Shown: piece by piece, positions 9,998 to 19,377 of the stretch | Layout: each line of letters opens with the position of its first letter | Position numbering within the stretch: the first letter of the stretch is position 1 | Source: Verrucomicrobiota bacterium | GTDB lineage: Bacteria; Verrucomicrobiota; Kiritimatiellia; CAJWTS01 | Reading direction: 5' to 3' | NCBI GenBank assembly: GCA_027623315.1 | Contig: JAQBYD010000014.1 | Location: forward strand, 375-64,374 | Length of the DNA: 64,000 nucleotides | Made by a program: the position numbers and the translations under genes | Notes under the pieces: model-generated | Databases searched by the model: none | Seen by the model: the letters and a program-made list of their open reading frames with translations, nothing else | What the model was told of the DNA's origin: nothing

Positions 9998-11316
9998 GCG
10001 TCCACGGTTCTTTTCTCTGATCCGGGTTGGTTTTTGAGATGCTCACGAATGGCGGCGCAGAACGTCTCGCCGTAGCGCGCTAGTTTGGCTTGGCCGACTC
10101 CGCTGATTCCGGTCATATCGATCGTCGTCGTTGGAAAGACCTGGCACATCTGGTGAAGCGTCTTGTCCGAGAAAACCACGAACGGCGGCACGCCCTGCTC
10201 CACGGCAAGGCGCTTGCGCAATGTGCGAAGCGTCTCGAACAGGGCTTGATCGTACGGACCAGCGGCGGTCGATGGTTTGGGGCGTTTGCCCTCCTGTTTG
10301 CGCGTCTTGAGCACGTGAAGCTGGCGGCCGCCGAAGAGAACCTCCTTCGATTCGGGCTGGAGCTTGAGAACCGGGTAGTCGCCGGTTGTCTGCTCGATAA
10401 GTCCCTGCGCGAGCAAGTTGTCGATAATGAGTCGCCAGTGACGCTTGTCCCGGTCCCGCCCAACCCCAAAGGTCTTAATCTGGTCGTGCTCGAGTTGCCG
10501 GATGCGGTCGGAGCGCTCGCCGGTCACAACCGCGACAATGTGATGAACCCCAAAACGTTGATCGGTTCGGGCGATGGCCGACATCACGATCTGCGCGTCT
10601 TGTGTCGCATCGATGCTTTCGACCTCCCCGGCGCATATATCGCAGCAGGGGAGCGGCGGTGTTTGGCGTGGAAACGCCGAGGATGTGGAGTTCTCCATTT
10701 CAGGTTTCAGGTTTCCGCCCTCATCCCTCGCATCCGGATACACCTCGCCAAAGTAGCCGAGCAACTGCTTGCGTCTGCATGCGTGTACGGTGGCGTAGGT
10801 GACCATGTGGTTGAGGCACCGGACCTGGTGCGTGCGCTCGGACTCGTCTTCGGTTTGATCAATGAAGAAACGGATCTTAGGGATATCGCCGTAGCCGAAA
10901 AGAAGCAGGCAGTGGGCCGGTTCGCCATCGCGGCCGGAGCGTCCCGTCTCCTGGTAGTAGCCCTCGATGTTCTTGGGCAGGTCGCCATGCAGAACGTAGC
11001 GCACATTGGACTTGTCGATGCCCATGCCGAAGGCGATGGTCGCCACCATGACGTCGACCTGGTCCTTCATCAGCGAAATCAATGGGCTGATCACCATGCA
11101 GGTGCCATTCATCACGTGCGCCGGAAGCTGGTAACACAGCGACTTCCCGCCGCCGGTAGGCATGACGATGAAGGCATCCTGCCTCTCAACAATCGCCTGC
11201 ACGATCTCCTCTTGATTCGGCAGGAACGAATCGAAGCCGAACACGTCGCGCAGGACGCGGAGTATTGGTTCTTTCACCTGTTTCTCACCGTGGGTCATCG
11301 TCGGTGCATGGTCCAC
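9994..11316 (-). CDS. recQ: RecQ-family protein with in-frame loss of the helicase core (motifs Ib-V absent); retains Walker A, motif VI, Zn-binding/RQC and HRDC regions
   Basis: FLPNQEEIVQAIV...FIVMPTGGGKSLCYQLPA...ISPLISLMKDQVD joined directly to VATIAFGMGIDKSNVRYVLHGDLPKNIEGYYQETGRSGRDG; downstream CCDICAGE Zn motif and HRDC-like C-terminus; 440 aa vs ~600 aa expected. Confidence 0.75.
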   Translation of the reverse strand: MDHAPTMTHGEKQVKEPILRVLRDVFGFDSFLPNQEEIVQAIVERQDAFIVMPTGGGKSLCYQLPAHVMNGTCMVISPLISLMKDQVDVMVATIAFGMGIDKSNVRYVLHGDLPKNIEGYYQETGRSGRDGEPAHCLLLFGYGDIPKIRFFIDQTEDESERTHQVRCLNHMVTYATVHACRRKQLLGYFGEVYPDARDEGGNLKPEMENSTSSAFPRQTPPLPCCDICAGEVESIDATQDAQIVMSAIARTDQRFGVHHIVAVVTGERSDRIRQLEHDQIKTFGVGRDRDKRHWRLIIDNLLAQGLIEQTTGDYPVLKLQPESKEVLFGGRQLHVLKTRKQEGKRPKPSTAAGPYDQALFETLRTLRKRLAVEQGVPPFVVFSDKTLHQMCQVFPTTTIDMTGISGVGQAKLARYGETFCAAIREHLKNQPGSEKRTVDA

Positions 11317-11401
11317 AACAGTTCTTCGCGAGTCAAGAACCGCGCCGTGGATGGCGTTGGCAGTCGCGCGGTTGGACCCCGGAAAGTGAGGCGTTTGCCA
11401 C

Positions 11402-12211
11402 CTATCTGCGTCGCAGCCAATGGGCGGCAGCGAAGCCTGTGGCCACGACGCCGGTGAGAATGCATGTGCTGTACTGGTGACCGTACGACACGGTGGGGTA
11501 GTGATTGCTGATCATGACGAAAACGAGCGGGATGGCCATGTAGCTGTTGTGTTTTGCTCGCAGGGGCGTCAGCGTGTTCACTTTTGGGTCCGGGTCACGA
11601 CCTTCGGCGAGCGCCTTCAATTTCTTGTTCTGCGCCGGAATGACCCCCATGACCACGTTGAAAGCCATGATCGTACCCAGGGCGGCGCCGATATGGAAGA
11701 ATGCCGACCGTGCGCTCTGCACATGCAGCAGACCGTAATGCGCGGCGGCCACGCCGATCAATCCGAGGGCGGCCATCACGACGCCGGATCGTGCGATCGG
11801 AGTGCGCAGGATGACGGAGTAGAGGAGGTATCCGCCGAAGATGACGCCGAGCCCGGAGATCGCGCCCGTGGCGTAGACCATCTCATCCATATCGATCAGG
11901 ATGCTTTCCTTATAGTAGATCATCCCCATCAAGATGGCCCCGCTGAGCCAGGTGATTATCGCCTCCCACTCGAACCAGTGCAGCCTGCCCGGCGTCGAGA
12001 CTGAAAACCCCTGTTTCTCGAGAAAGTAGTATCCGCTGCCGTGCACCATCCATAGCGAGCCGGAGACATCTTCAGCGTCCCCCTCGCGACGCACAATGTT
12101 GTGCTCGAAGAAGATAAAGAGGTAGGTCTGGCCGACCCAAAGAATTGCGGCGACCACATGGACCCAACGCACAATGGCCAGAATGGTGGACTGAATGTCG
12201 GATGCAGTCAT
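11402..12211 (-). CDS. Polytopic membrane protein, possibly Urate_ox_N (DUF989)-like family
   Basis: 269 aa, ~6 TM segments, motif HNSYMAIPLVFVMISNHYP recalled as resembling the urate hydroxylase N-terminal membrane domain. Family assignment is from memory. Confidence 0.45.
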   Translation of the reverse strand: MTASDIQSTILAIVRWVHVVAAILWVGQTYLFIFFEHNIVRREGDAEDVSGSLWMVHGSGYYFLEKQGFSVSTPGRLHWFEWEAIITWLSGAILMGMIYYKESILIDMDEMVYATGAISGLGVIFGGYLLYSVILRTPIARSGVVMAALGLIGVAAAHYGLLHVQSARSAFFHIGAALGTIMAFNVVMGVIPAQNKKLKALAEGRDPDPKVNTLTPLRAKHNSYMAIPLVFVMISNHYPTVSYGHQYSTCILTGVVATGFAAAHWLRRR

Positions 12212-12673
12212 CGCTATTAATTCGCGGCCCCGTAACGGCGCTCCCCCCTGATGAATCGCTCATTGTATTCGCACCACCCTGGAATGCAAGTGAGCATGCG
12301 CAGCTCCGGATACATCTATGCTGCTTGCACGCGACCTACGCTCCGGGGCCGGCCTGCTCATGCAGGGCCTCGATCAGGCGCATCACGTACCAGTACAGGT
12401 GAGACGCCGCTTCTACTCTTGGCCATCAAGTTTCCGCATGGCTCAGCCAACCCAGGCAACTGATCACGAATCGCCATAGTCTTGGGAAACGAGAAAATCA
12501 GCAACCGACAGGCCCGCCAACCCGCCACTCGACTTATTTCGCGCCCCGGGTAATATCAGGTTCATGCGCGTTCCTTCGCTGCAGTACCCGGAGCACAATC
12601 AGTATGCTCATACCACTCGAATCGGCCACGCCGTTCTGGCAATGCCGCCAGATTTCAGTGAAGGGAAATTCTC

Positions 12674-13456
12674 GTGAGTAGTGAGTTCTTGAAGGTCGCG
12701 AGCAGGGCAGCCGAAGATGCCGGTGCTGTGCTGTTGGAGTGGTTTCAGGGCCCGCCCGTGAGCTCCACGGACAAGGGCTCGTCGATCGTGACTGAGGTGG
12801 ACCTGGCCGCGGATAGAGTGATCGCGGACCACCTCCGAAGGGCGTTTCCGGAGCACAGAATCTTTTCGGAAGAATCGGATGACAAGGATTACGACAGCGA
12901 GTTCGTCTGGGTCGTGGATCCTCTCGATGGGACGACCAACTTCGTTCATCGCGTTGCCCGTTTCTGCACGTCGATTGGGCTGCTGCAAAACGGAAAACCG
13001 ATCCTCGGGGTTGGCTATGAGCCGATGTTGCAAGAATTCTTCGCCGCTGAGGTCGGAAGCGGTGCCACACGGAATGGTGAACGAATCGTCCCCAGCAATC
13101 GGGATGACATCAGTCGAGCCGTGGTTCATATTGGACGCGGGTCCGGGAGCGAAGCGGCTGAGCGATTTGGAGAGCTGTTACCGCCGATCAATCGCACCGT
13201 GCGAACGCTTCGCGCCACCGGTGCCACGGCCCTGGCCCTGTGCTACACGGCCTGCGGAAGATTCGATGCCCACATTGGCTCTCACACTTTTCTCTACGAC
13301 GGCGTGGCGGGTGCGATCATCGCGCGTGAGGCGGGCGCCGCTGTATCGAATTTCTCGGGCGATGAGTGGAACCCACCCGTCGGGGGTCATGCTGATCTCC
13401 TGATCAGTAGCCCAAGATTGCATGGCCAGTTTCTTGATCTATTGAATGGGGTGTAG
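12674..13456 (+). CDS. suhB: Inositol monophosphatase family protein (SuhB-like)
   Basis: FSEESDD and WVVDPLDGTTNFVH metal-binding motifs typical of IMPase/SuhB. Confidence 0.8.
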   Translation: MSSEFLKVASRAAEDAGAVLLEWFQGPPVSSTDKGSSIVTEVDLAADRVIADHLRRAFPEHRIFSEESDDKDYDSEFVWVVDPLDGTTNFVHRVARFCTSIGLLQNGKPILGVGYEPMLQEFFAAEVGSGATRNGERIVPSNRDDISRAVVHIGRGSGSEAAERFGELLPPINRTVRTLRATGATALALCYTACGRFDAHIGSHTFLYDGVAGAIIAREAGAAVSNFSGDEWNPPVGGHADLLISSPRLHGQFLDLLNGV

Positions 13457-13535
13457 AGCTACTCGGGTGCAGTTTGCTATTGCTTTCAGCACCGATTTTT
13501 TGCATACATCTCGCCTTCGACGGTCGCGAAGAGAC

Positions 13536-14969
13536 ATGAAAATAAACCCATTCATTTTCCGAAACTACGATATTCGCGGTAAGGCCGGCGAAGACCTTGA
13601 CGCCGATAAAGTGGAAGCTCTAGGCAAGGCCTATGGCACATTCCTGCGAAAGCGCAAGATCCGCCAGGCTGTGGTGGGGCGTGACTGCCGTCTCACTGGC
13701 GAGGAATATCAACAAGCCCTGATGCGTGGCATGCTGGCCATGGGAATCGACATCATTGACCTGGGCCAAATCATGACCCAGATGATGTACTTCTCACAGT
13801 ATCGCTTCCAAACCAATGGTGGCGTGATGGTGACCGCATCTCACAACCCGTCGAACTTCAACGGCTTTAAGATTGGAATCGGATATTCCAAGACGACCGA
13901 GGAAGAGGAGGTGCAGGAGCTCCTTCGTCTGATCCAGACAGAAGAGTGGTTCGAGTCGGACTACGAGGGATCGGTTGTCCAGGAGGATGTGTCGGAGGAT
14001 TACTACCACGATGTGCTGAAACGCGTTCGCCTGAAGAAGACGTTCAAGGTAGTTTTTGATCCGCGGCACGGAACGAGCGGTCCTTTCATGATGGAGATCC
14101 TGAAGCGGGCGGGCATTGAGGTGATCGGCAAAAACCTCGAAGTCGACGGCAGTTTTCCCGAGGGAACACCGGACCCGACTGACGCTCACGTCATGGGGCA
14201 GCTCCGCGAAGCCGTTCTGGCCGAGAAGGCAGATATTGGATTCGCCATGGACGGCGACGGGGACCGTGTCGGCGTCGTCGACGGCGACGGTAACATTCTG
14301 TGGAATGACGTGCTCGTCGCCATTTTCGCCAAGGAGATCCTGGAGCGATTTCCGGGGTCGAAGATCATCTACAACACCCTCTGTTCTCAGGTCGTGCCAG
14401 CCGTAGTTGAAGAGTGCGGCGGCATACCGATCATCTGGAAAACCGGGCATGCCTTCATCAAGTCGAAGATCTCCGAGGTGGGCGCGGCCTTTGGCGGCGA
14501 GCTGTCGGGCCATTTCTTCTTCAACGACAACGCCTACGGTCACGACGATGGGAGTTACGCGATCCTGCGCATCCTGGAGTACTTGTCTGAAAAGAACGTT
14601 GGGCTCAGCGAGCTTTACGCCAGTTTCCCGAAATTCATCTCGTCTCCGGAGATCAAGATCGGCTGCGCTGATGACAAGAAAATTGGCGTCGTGGAAGATC
14701 TGTCGAAAAAGTTTAAAGCAGACTTTCCCGCGGCAAAGATCACAGACAGCTCAGTGATTCCCGGCGATGATGGCGTCCGCGCCGATTTCGACAACGGCAT
14801 GGTCGTCTTCCGCTATTCGCAGAACGGCCCCTACATCACGGTCCGCTTCGAGGCGACGGACCAGGCGACATACGACCAGCGAAAGGTCTACGTTCGTGAG
14901 ATGTTGGAGAGCTACCCCGATGTCGTCTGGGAAGACGAACTCGTCGTTAATCTCGACGCACTGACGTAG
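13536..14969 (+). CDS. Phosphomannomutase/phosphoglucomutase (alpha-D-phosphohexomutase family)
   Basis: Active-site serine motif TASHNPSNFNGFK, metal-binding DGDGDR, sugar-binding GELSGH; ATG at 13536 (internal to ORF 13446..14969) gives a typical N-terminus MKINPFIFRNYDIRG. Confidence 0.85.
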   Translation: MKINPFIFRNYDIRGKAGEDLDADKVEALGKAYGTFLRKRKIRQAVVGRDCRLTGEEYQQALMRGMLAMGIDIIDLGQIMTQMMYFSQYRFQTNGGVMVTASHNPSNFNGFKIGIGYSKTTEEEEVQELLRLIQTEEWFESDYEGSVVQEDVSEDYYHDVLKRVRLKKTFKVVFDPRHGTSGPFMMEILKRAGIEVIGKNLEVDGSFPEGTPDPTDAHVMGQLREAVLAEKADIGFAMDGDGDRVGVVDGDGNILWNDVLVAIFAKEILERFPGSKIIYNTLCSQVVPAVVEECGGIPIIWKTGHAFIKSKISEVGAAFGGELSGHFFFNDNAYGHDDGSYAILRILEYLSEKNVGLSELYASFPKFISSPEIKIGCADDKKIGVVEDLSKKFKADFPAAKITDSSVIPGDDGVRADFDNGMVVFRYSQNGPYITVRFEATDQATYDQRKVYVREMLESYPDVVWEDELVVNLDALT

Positions 14970-15017
14970 CCTCGTAGGCTTGCTTCCCCGTTCCGGAATT
15001 CGGAAGTTTCATCTGCC

Positions 15018-15365
15018 TCAAAACGGCCCTGTTAGATGTTCTTCGCGAATCTCGTTCCTGAAGATCCGGCAAGGCCAGCGGCAATAGGGGCACACTCCGG
15101 CGAGCGGGGTGCGGAGGCAACCACCGATGACGACTTCTCCGCGCTCAGCTCTCTTTATCGTGTGCGACGTAGGGTATCCATAAATCACGGGCAGCGTGTT
15201 TTCGGAGATTCCTCGCAACCGCAACGGACAGAACTTCAATCCGATGTGGATAACGGAACTGACGATTGCGAAAATGAGAAGAGCGGCGAGCAGCGAACAG
15301 AACAGGCGTGCAATTCGTACCATCCCCACAATGATCCGAAGCTTCTGAAGTAACGAGGGGGGCAC
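15018..15365 (-). CDS. Hypothetical small membrane protein with CPYC motif
   Basis: 115-aa ORF with one strong hydrophobic helix and C-terminal CxxxxCPYC; no recognisable family; codon usage not verified. Confidence 0.25.
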   Translation of the reverse strand: MPPSLLQKLRIIVGMVRIARLFCSLLAALLIFAIVSSVIHIGLKFCPLRLRGISENTLPVIYGYPTSHTIKRAERGEVVIGGCLRTPLAGVCPYCRWPCRIFRNEIREEHLTGPF

Positions 15366-15768
15366 GGCTACTCTATTAGAATCTCTCGCGGCTCACTCCC
15401 CCTGGGCGGCCCGGCGATGCCGCGCGCTTCGAGAATATCCATGATTCGTGCGGCTCGCATGTAGCCGATCCGCATCCGGGCTAGCTGGATAGGTGAAATC
15501 GCAGAGTACAGGTCGGTGCCTCATCGGGAAGACGTTAGTTTGCTTTGCCATCGGTGATGCGCTTGGCGCTTGCGAGAAAGTGCGTGTGTACGGTCATGCG
15601 AATGGTGTAAACTTCTGGTCTAACGGTGCAACGGTGTCGTCGCCGCGTCAGCACCGGCAGCTGCTGAGCTGGTGGTGGTTCGGCAGGTGGTCACAATCTT
15701 ACCCCCTGGTGCATAGAAAGGGCATTGCCAAGTAGAAGAAGCTTGGGTTCGCCTCGATACTCACGTTT

Positions 15769-17073
15769 GTGTTGGCCCTTGTGTCGCAGGGGGTCGAGCC
15801 CGCGTCGAGCACTCCATCCTACTGGCCGACGTGGCGCGGCCCGCTGGCGACCGGGGAGGCCCCGGACGCCGATCCGCCCGTCACGTGGAGCGAGACACAG
15901 AACATCCGATGGAAGGTCGAGGTCCCCGGGCGGGGGCACGCCAGCCCGGTGGTGTGGGGCGAGCTGGTTTTCGTGCTCACGGCCGTACCGACCGATAGGG
16001 ATGCGGAGACCGCCGCGGCATCCGTCGATGTCCCTGAGCGGATGCGGGATATGCTGGTCAGCTCCGCGAAGATTCAGCGGTTTGTGATTCTTGCATACCA
16101 GCGCAAGGACGGCGCAGTGCGGTGGGAGCGCACGCTGCATGAGGCGGCTCCACATCAAGGGACACACCGCGACGGCAGCTGGGCTTCGGCTTCGCCGGTC
16201 ACCGATGGCAAGCACCTCTTCGTCTCTTTCGGATCCCAGGGGCTCTTCTGCCTGGATATGGACGGCACGACCGTCTGGTCCAAGGACCTCGGCGATATGA
16301 CCGTCAAGATGAACTTCGGCGAGGGCAGCTCGCCTGCCCTGTGCGGCGAGTCTATTGTCGTAAACTGGGACCATGAGGGGGATTCGTTCATCGCGGCCCT
16401 GTCCAAGCAGACCGGCGAAGAGCTGTGGCGGACTCCGCGTGACGAGATCACGTCCTGGGCCACGCCGCTTGTCGTGGAGCATGCCGGCAAGACGCAAGTC
16501 ATCGTGAGCGCGACGGGCCGCGTGCGTGGATATGACGCCGCCGACGGCCATGTGCTGTGGGAGTGCAGCGGCATGACGGCAAACGTGATTCCATCGCCCG
16601 TGTTCGCAGATGGAACGGTCTACGTCATGAGCGGGTTCCGTGGCAACGCCCTGCTCGCGATCCGTCTGGACGCGGCCACGGGAGATATCACAGGTTCCAA
16701 GGAGGCGGTCGTCTGGCGCCACAACAAGCACACGCCCTACGTGCCCTCGCCCTTGCTCTACCGCGACAGTCTCTATTTTGTCGACAGCAATCGTGAACGT
16801 CTCTCCTGCTTCGACGCGAAGACCGGCGCGGTGCACTTCGGTCCGGCTGAGATCGATGGACTCAAGGGGGTCTACGCATCGCCGCTGGGCGCCGCTGGGC
16901 GTGTGTACGTTGTCGGTAGAAACGGTGTCACGGCGGTCCTCAAGCATGGGACGACACTCGAGTTGCTGGCCGTGAACACGCTGGACACGAGCATCGACGC
17001 CTCACCTGCGGCGGTCGGCAAGGAACTCTACCTTCGCAGCATATCGCACCTTTATTGCATCGCCGCCGAGTAA
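15769..17073 (+). CDS. PQQ-like beta-propeller repeat protein (BamB/outer-membrane-associated type)
   Basis: Repeated W/G-rich PQQ-type beta-propeller blades; GTG start, upstream in-frame extension encodes a signal-peptide-like ASILTFVLALVS. Confidence 0.75.
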   Translation: MLALVSQGVEPASSTPSYWPTWRGPLATGEAPDADPPVTWSETQNIRWKVEVPGRGHASPVVWGELVFVLTAVPTDRDAETAAASVDVPERMRDMLVSSAKIQRFVILAYQRKDGAVRWERTLHEAAPHQGTHRDGSWASASPVTDGKHLFVSFGSQGLFCLDMDGTTVWSKDLGDMTVKMNFGEGSSPALCGESIVVNWDHEGDSFIAALSKQTGEELWRTPRDEITSWATPLVVEHAGKTQVIVSATGRVRGYDAADGHVLWECSGMTANVIPSPVFADGTVYVMSGFRGNALLAIRLDAATGDITGSKEAVVWRHNKHTPYVPSPLLYRDSLYFVDSNRERLSCFDAKTGAVHFGPAEIDGLKGVYASPLGAAGRVYVVGRNGVTAVLKHGTTLELLAVNTLDTSIDASPAAVGKELYLRSISHLYCIAAE

Positions 17074-17506
17074 CACGGTCGAGAGGCGCAGCGCAGCGGG
17101 TACGCATTATGACAGCCGGACGCAGGGGGCAACGCAAGAATCGGAAGGTTTGCCTGCAACCGCAATGGCGGAAAAGAGATTTGACCAGCCCTGACGCATG
17201 AGTCAGGGCTGGCAAGCAGAAAGATCATTCTATCGCCTCCCCACTCGTTAGTTGGAGCATTGCCGACAGTGGGGCCGTCACGGGAGCACGCCGAGGCGGC
17301 ACTCTACACAGATCGTCCCCGCGCCTTTCATTTCGAAGACCGTATCCTCACAAGACACTTATCATGTCGTAACCGGTGCGCTAGACTCTCTTGTGTAATA
17401 TAGATGACTGGCAGACCAAGACCACGCCCGAGCAGCGCGAGGCGGTCTCCGCGATGCTTCCGGAAGACAATCGTTACCTCGTCGAGTACTGAACTAGAAG
17501 CGGCGT

Positions 17507-17705
17507 CCACGCGAATGCAGACAGAGATGGAACCTCGGATTGCGCGGATGGCGTGAGCCACGTTGTGGTGAAAGTGTGACAACGCTGACACGGGCTACGC
17601 CAGTCACGTGGGCGCGGATTACTGCCGAGTTACACTGCCCATGTCGAAAGCATCCGCGCACATCCGCGTTATCCGCGGTCTCTCCTCTCTTCATTCGTGT
17701 AGACC
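17507..17705. repeat. Composite copy of an imperfect palindromic intergenic repeat (same family as 24731..24841 and 58889..58949)
   Basis: ccacgcgaatgcagacagagatggaacc at 17507 is the reverse complement of ggttccatctctgtctgcattcgcgtgg at 24797. catccgcgcacatccgcgttatccgcgg at 17651 matches aatccgcgcccatccgcgtaatccgcgg at 24770. Confidence 0.5.
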
Positions 17706-17796
17706 CGCCTGCCCCACGTGCGGCAAGGCTCCGCCGCGCCCGCGCGGGGCGGGCAGGTTCGGGTGATTCGTCGGCCCAAATCCGGGAAGTTTCAGC

Positions 17797-18987
17797 TCAG
17801 AGCTTCGACTCGTCATACTGCGGCGTGCCACCGACCCCGAACATGTCGCGCTTGAGCTTGAGATAGACCTTGTAGTTCTCGAGCGATACGTTGGCCGGCA
17901 CCCGGTGGTCCACGCCGGGCAGGAAGCCACCCTCTTTTACGAACGGGAGCAGGCGTTCCAGTTCGGTGCGAATGGCGTCCGGCCCTTTAGCCAACTCCAT
18001 CTTGCAGACGCCGCCCTGCATCAGGATGCCCGGCCAGCGCTTTCGCATCTCAACCGGATCGCTGCCGGCATGCACCTCGACCGGGAACATGCAGTTGAGT
18101 CCGCCGGCAAGGAAGCTGTCGATCACCGGCAGGATGTTGCCGTCGGTATCGGTCCATGCCACCTGGCATCCATGCTTGCGCAGCAGGTCGGTAATGCGCT
18201 TGTAGCGCGGCGCGACGATGTCACGCATGAAATCGACACCGACGATCGGACCTGAATTGAAACAGATGTCCTCCCACCCTGAGCCGAAGTCGAACTCGAC
18301 GTCGCACACGACCCGTTCGAGTGTCGAACACGCAAGCGTGCAGAGGGTCTCGACGATTTCTTCAAGAAGTTCCGGATCGTCGTAGATCATCATGGCGATG
18401 TTCTCGAATCCGATCCAGTTGCGCGGGACTCCGATCATGGATCCGATCCCAACGGCCAGCGGGTAGTCCCGGTTGTTGTACGTCTTCGCAAGCTCAGGCC
18501 AGTTGGCCGGTACGCGGTCGGCCGTGGGCTGCAATTTTTCTTTGTATTCCTCCCATGTGGCGCGGTCCTTAAGGTAGAAGGAGAGGTGTTGTGGAATCGA
18601 CTTGATACCCTTCTTGTTGATGCGCGCGATGCTACCGGTGTCGTCCTGGTACGTTTGGTAGTCATCGTCCTCCTCAAGCACTTTGTATTCGAAGCCCGGG
18701 CGCATCCCCATGACGTCGACCGGAACCGTATGCCAGGTCTCAATACCGAAGTAGGCGTAGGCCGACCCCTCATCGGCGATCTCCGGAGGCAGTCCCTGTT
18801 CGTGCCAGGTGGGCAGCGTCTCCTCCCAGTATCCAAACTCGAAATTGGGAATGCGGTCGACACGTTGAAAGAACATGGTGCGTCGCCACCGTTCGCGCAA
18901 GGTGGGGCCTTGCGCCTCCGGTGTCGCGCTCAGGGTGTCCGCATCAACGTCCCGGTTCACCAATTCCTGCATCTCTTCGTAATCCAT
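17797..18987 (-). CDS. URO-D (uroporphyrinogen decarboxylase) family methylcobamide methyltransferase, MtaA/CmuA-like
   Basis: 396 aa; typical URO-D-like architecture; C-terminal H..DG...P motif region; last gene of a corrinoid operon. Confidence 0.8.
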   Translation of the reverse strand: MDYEEMQELVNRDVDADTLSATPEAQGPTLRERWRRTMFFQRVDRIPNFEFGYWEETLPTWHEQGLPPEIADEGSAYAYFGIETWHTVPVDVMGMRPGFEYKVLEEDDDYQTYQDDTGSIARINKKGIKSIPQHLSFYLKDRATWEEYKEKLQPTADRVPANWPELAKTYNNRDYPLAVGIGSMIGVPRNWIGFENIAMMIYDDPELLEEIVETLCTLACSTLERVVCDVEFDFGSGWEDICFNSGPIVGVDFMRDIVAPRYKRITDLLRKHGCQVAWTDTDGNILPVIDSFLAGGLNCMFPVEVHAGSDPVEMRKRWPGILMQGGVCKMELAKGPDAIRTELERLLPFVKEGGFLPGVDHRVPANVSLENYKVYLKLKRDMFGVGGTPQYDESKL

Positions 18988-19005
18988 GATCGAACTTCCT
19001 TTTTG

Positions 19006-19377
19006 TTAATACTCTCCGCACCACCCGAGCCTACCGGGCAGAGCCCGGGCATCGGATTCGGTCTTCCACAGATCGTCGAACGGCATGTCGATCCCCATGC
19101 AGAAGATCTGCGAATTGACGGCGTCAATGCCGATTTCGACCAGGTCCGGATAGATCTCCAGAATGTGGCCGTCGGAGTGCATGAAGATCTTCTCCGTGTC
19201 GCGGTCCCAGTCGGGTGGAAAGTCGCGGTGCAGGGCCGCCAGTTCATCCGGATGGTTGATCTCCGCGATCGGCAGGGCCCAGAGTTGTCGCGGCGGGCGT
19301 GACGGCGAGCGGAATTCGAGCGTCTCGTAAACGAGTTCTCGTGGCGTGCTGCTCATGACGGCACCTCGCCGCTGCAC
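19006..19377 (-). pseudogene. URO-D family remnant: N-terminal ~40 aa joined to C-terminal ~80 aa, middle of fold missing
   Basis: 123-aa ORF: PRELVYETLEF N-terminal motif followed directly by HSDGHILEIYPDLVEIGIDAVNSQ C-terminal motif. Confidence 0.4.

Noticed and set aside
6701-11316. SNF2 + RecQ pair as an antiphage defence system (DISARM/BREX-like)
   Set aside because: No methyltransferase, PLD nuclease, DUF1998 or other defence partners are adjacent, and the flanks are housekeeping.
11402-12211. Calling the membrane protein a urate hydroxylase (PuuD)
   Set aside because: Only the N-terminal membrane-domain resemblance is recalled; there is no cytochrome c domain and no purine-catabolism neighbours, so I kept a generic family label at low confidence.
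15493-15735. 80-aa ORF in the 15.4-15.8 kb intergenic region
   Set aside because: No motifs, Trp/Arg-rich, and lies in a likely promoter region of the PQQ-repeat gene; insufficient support.
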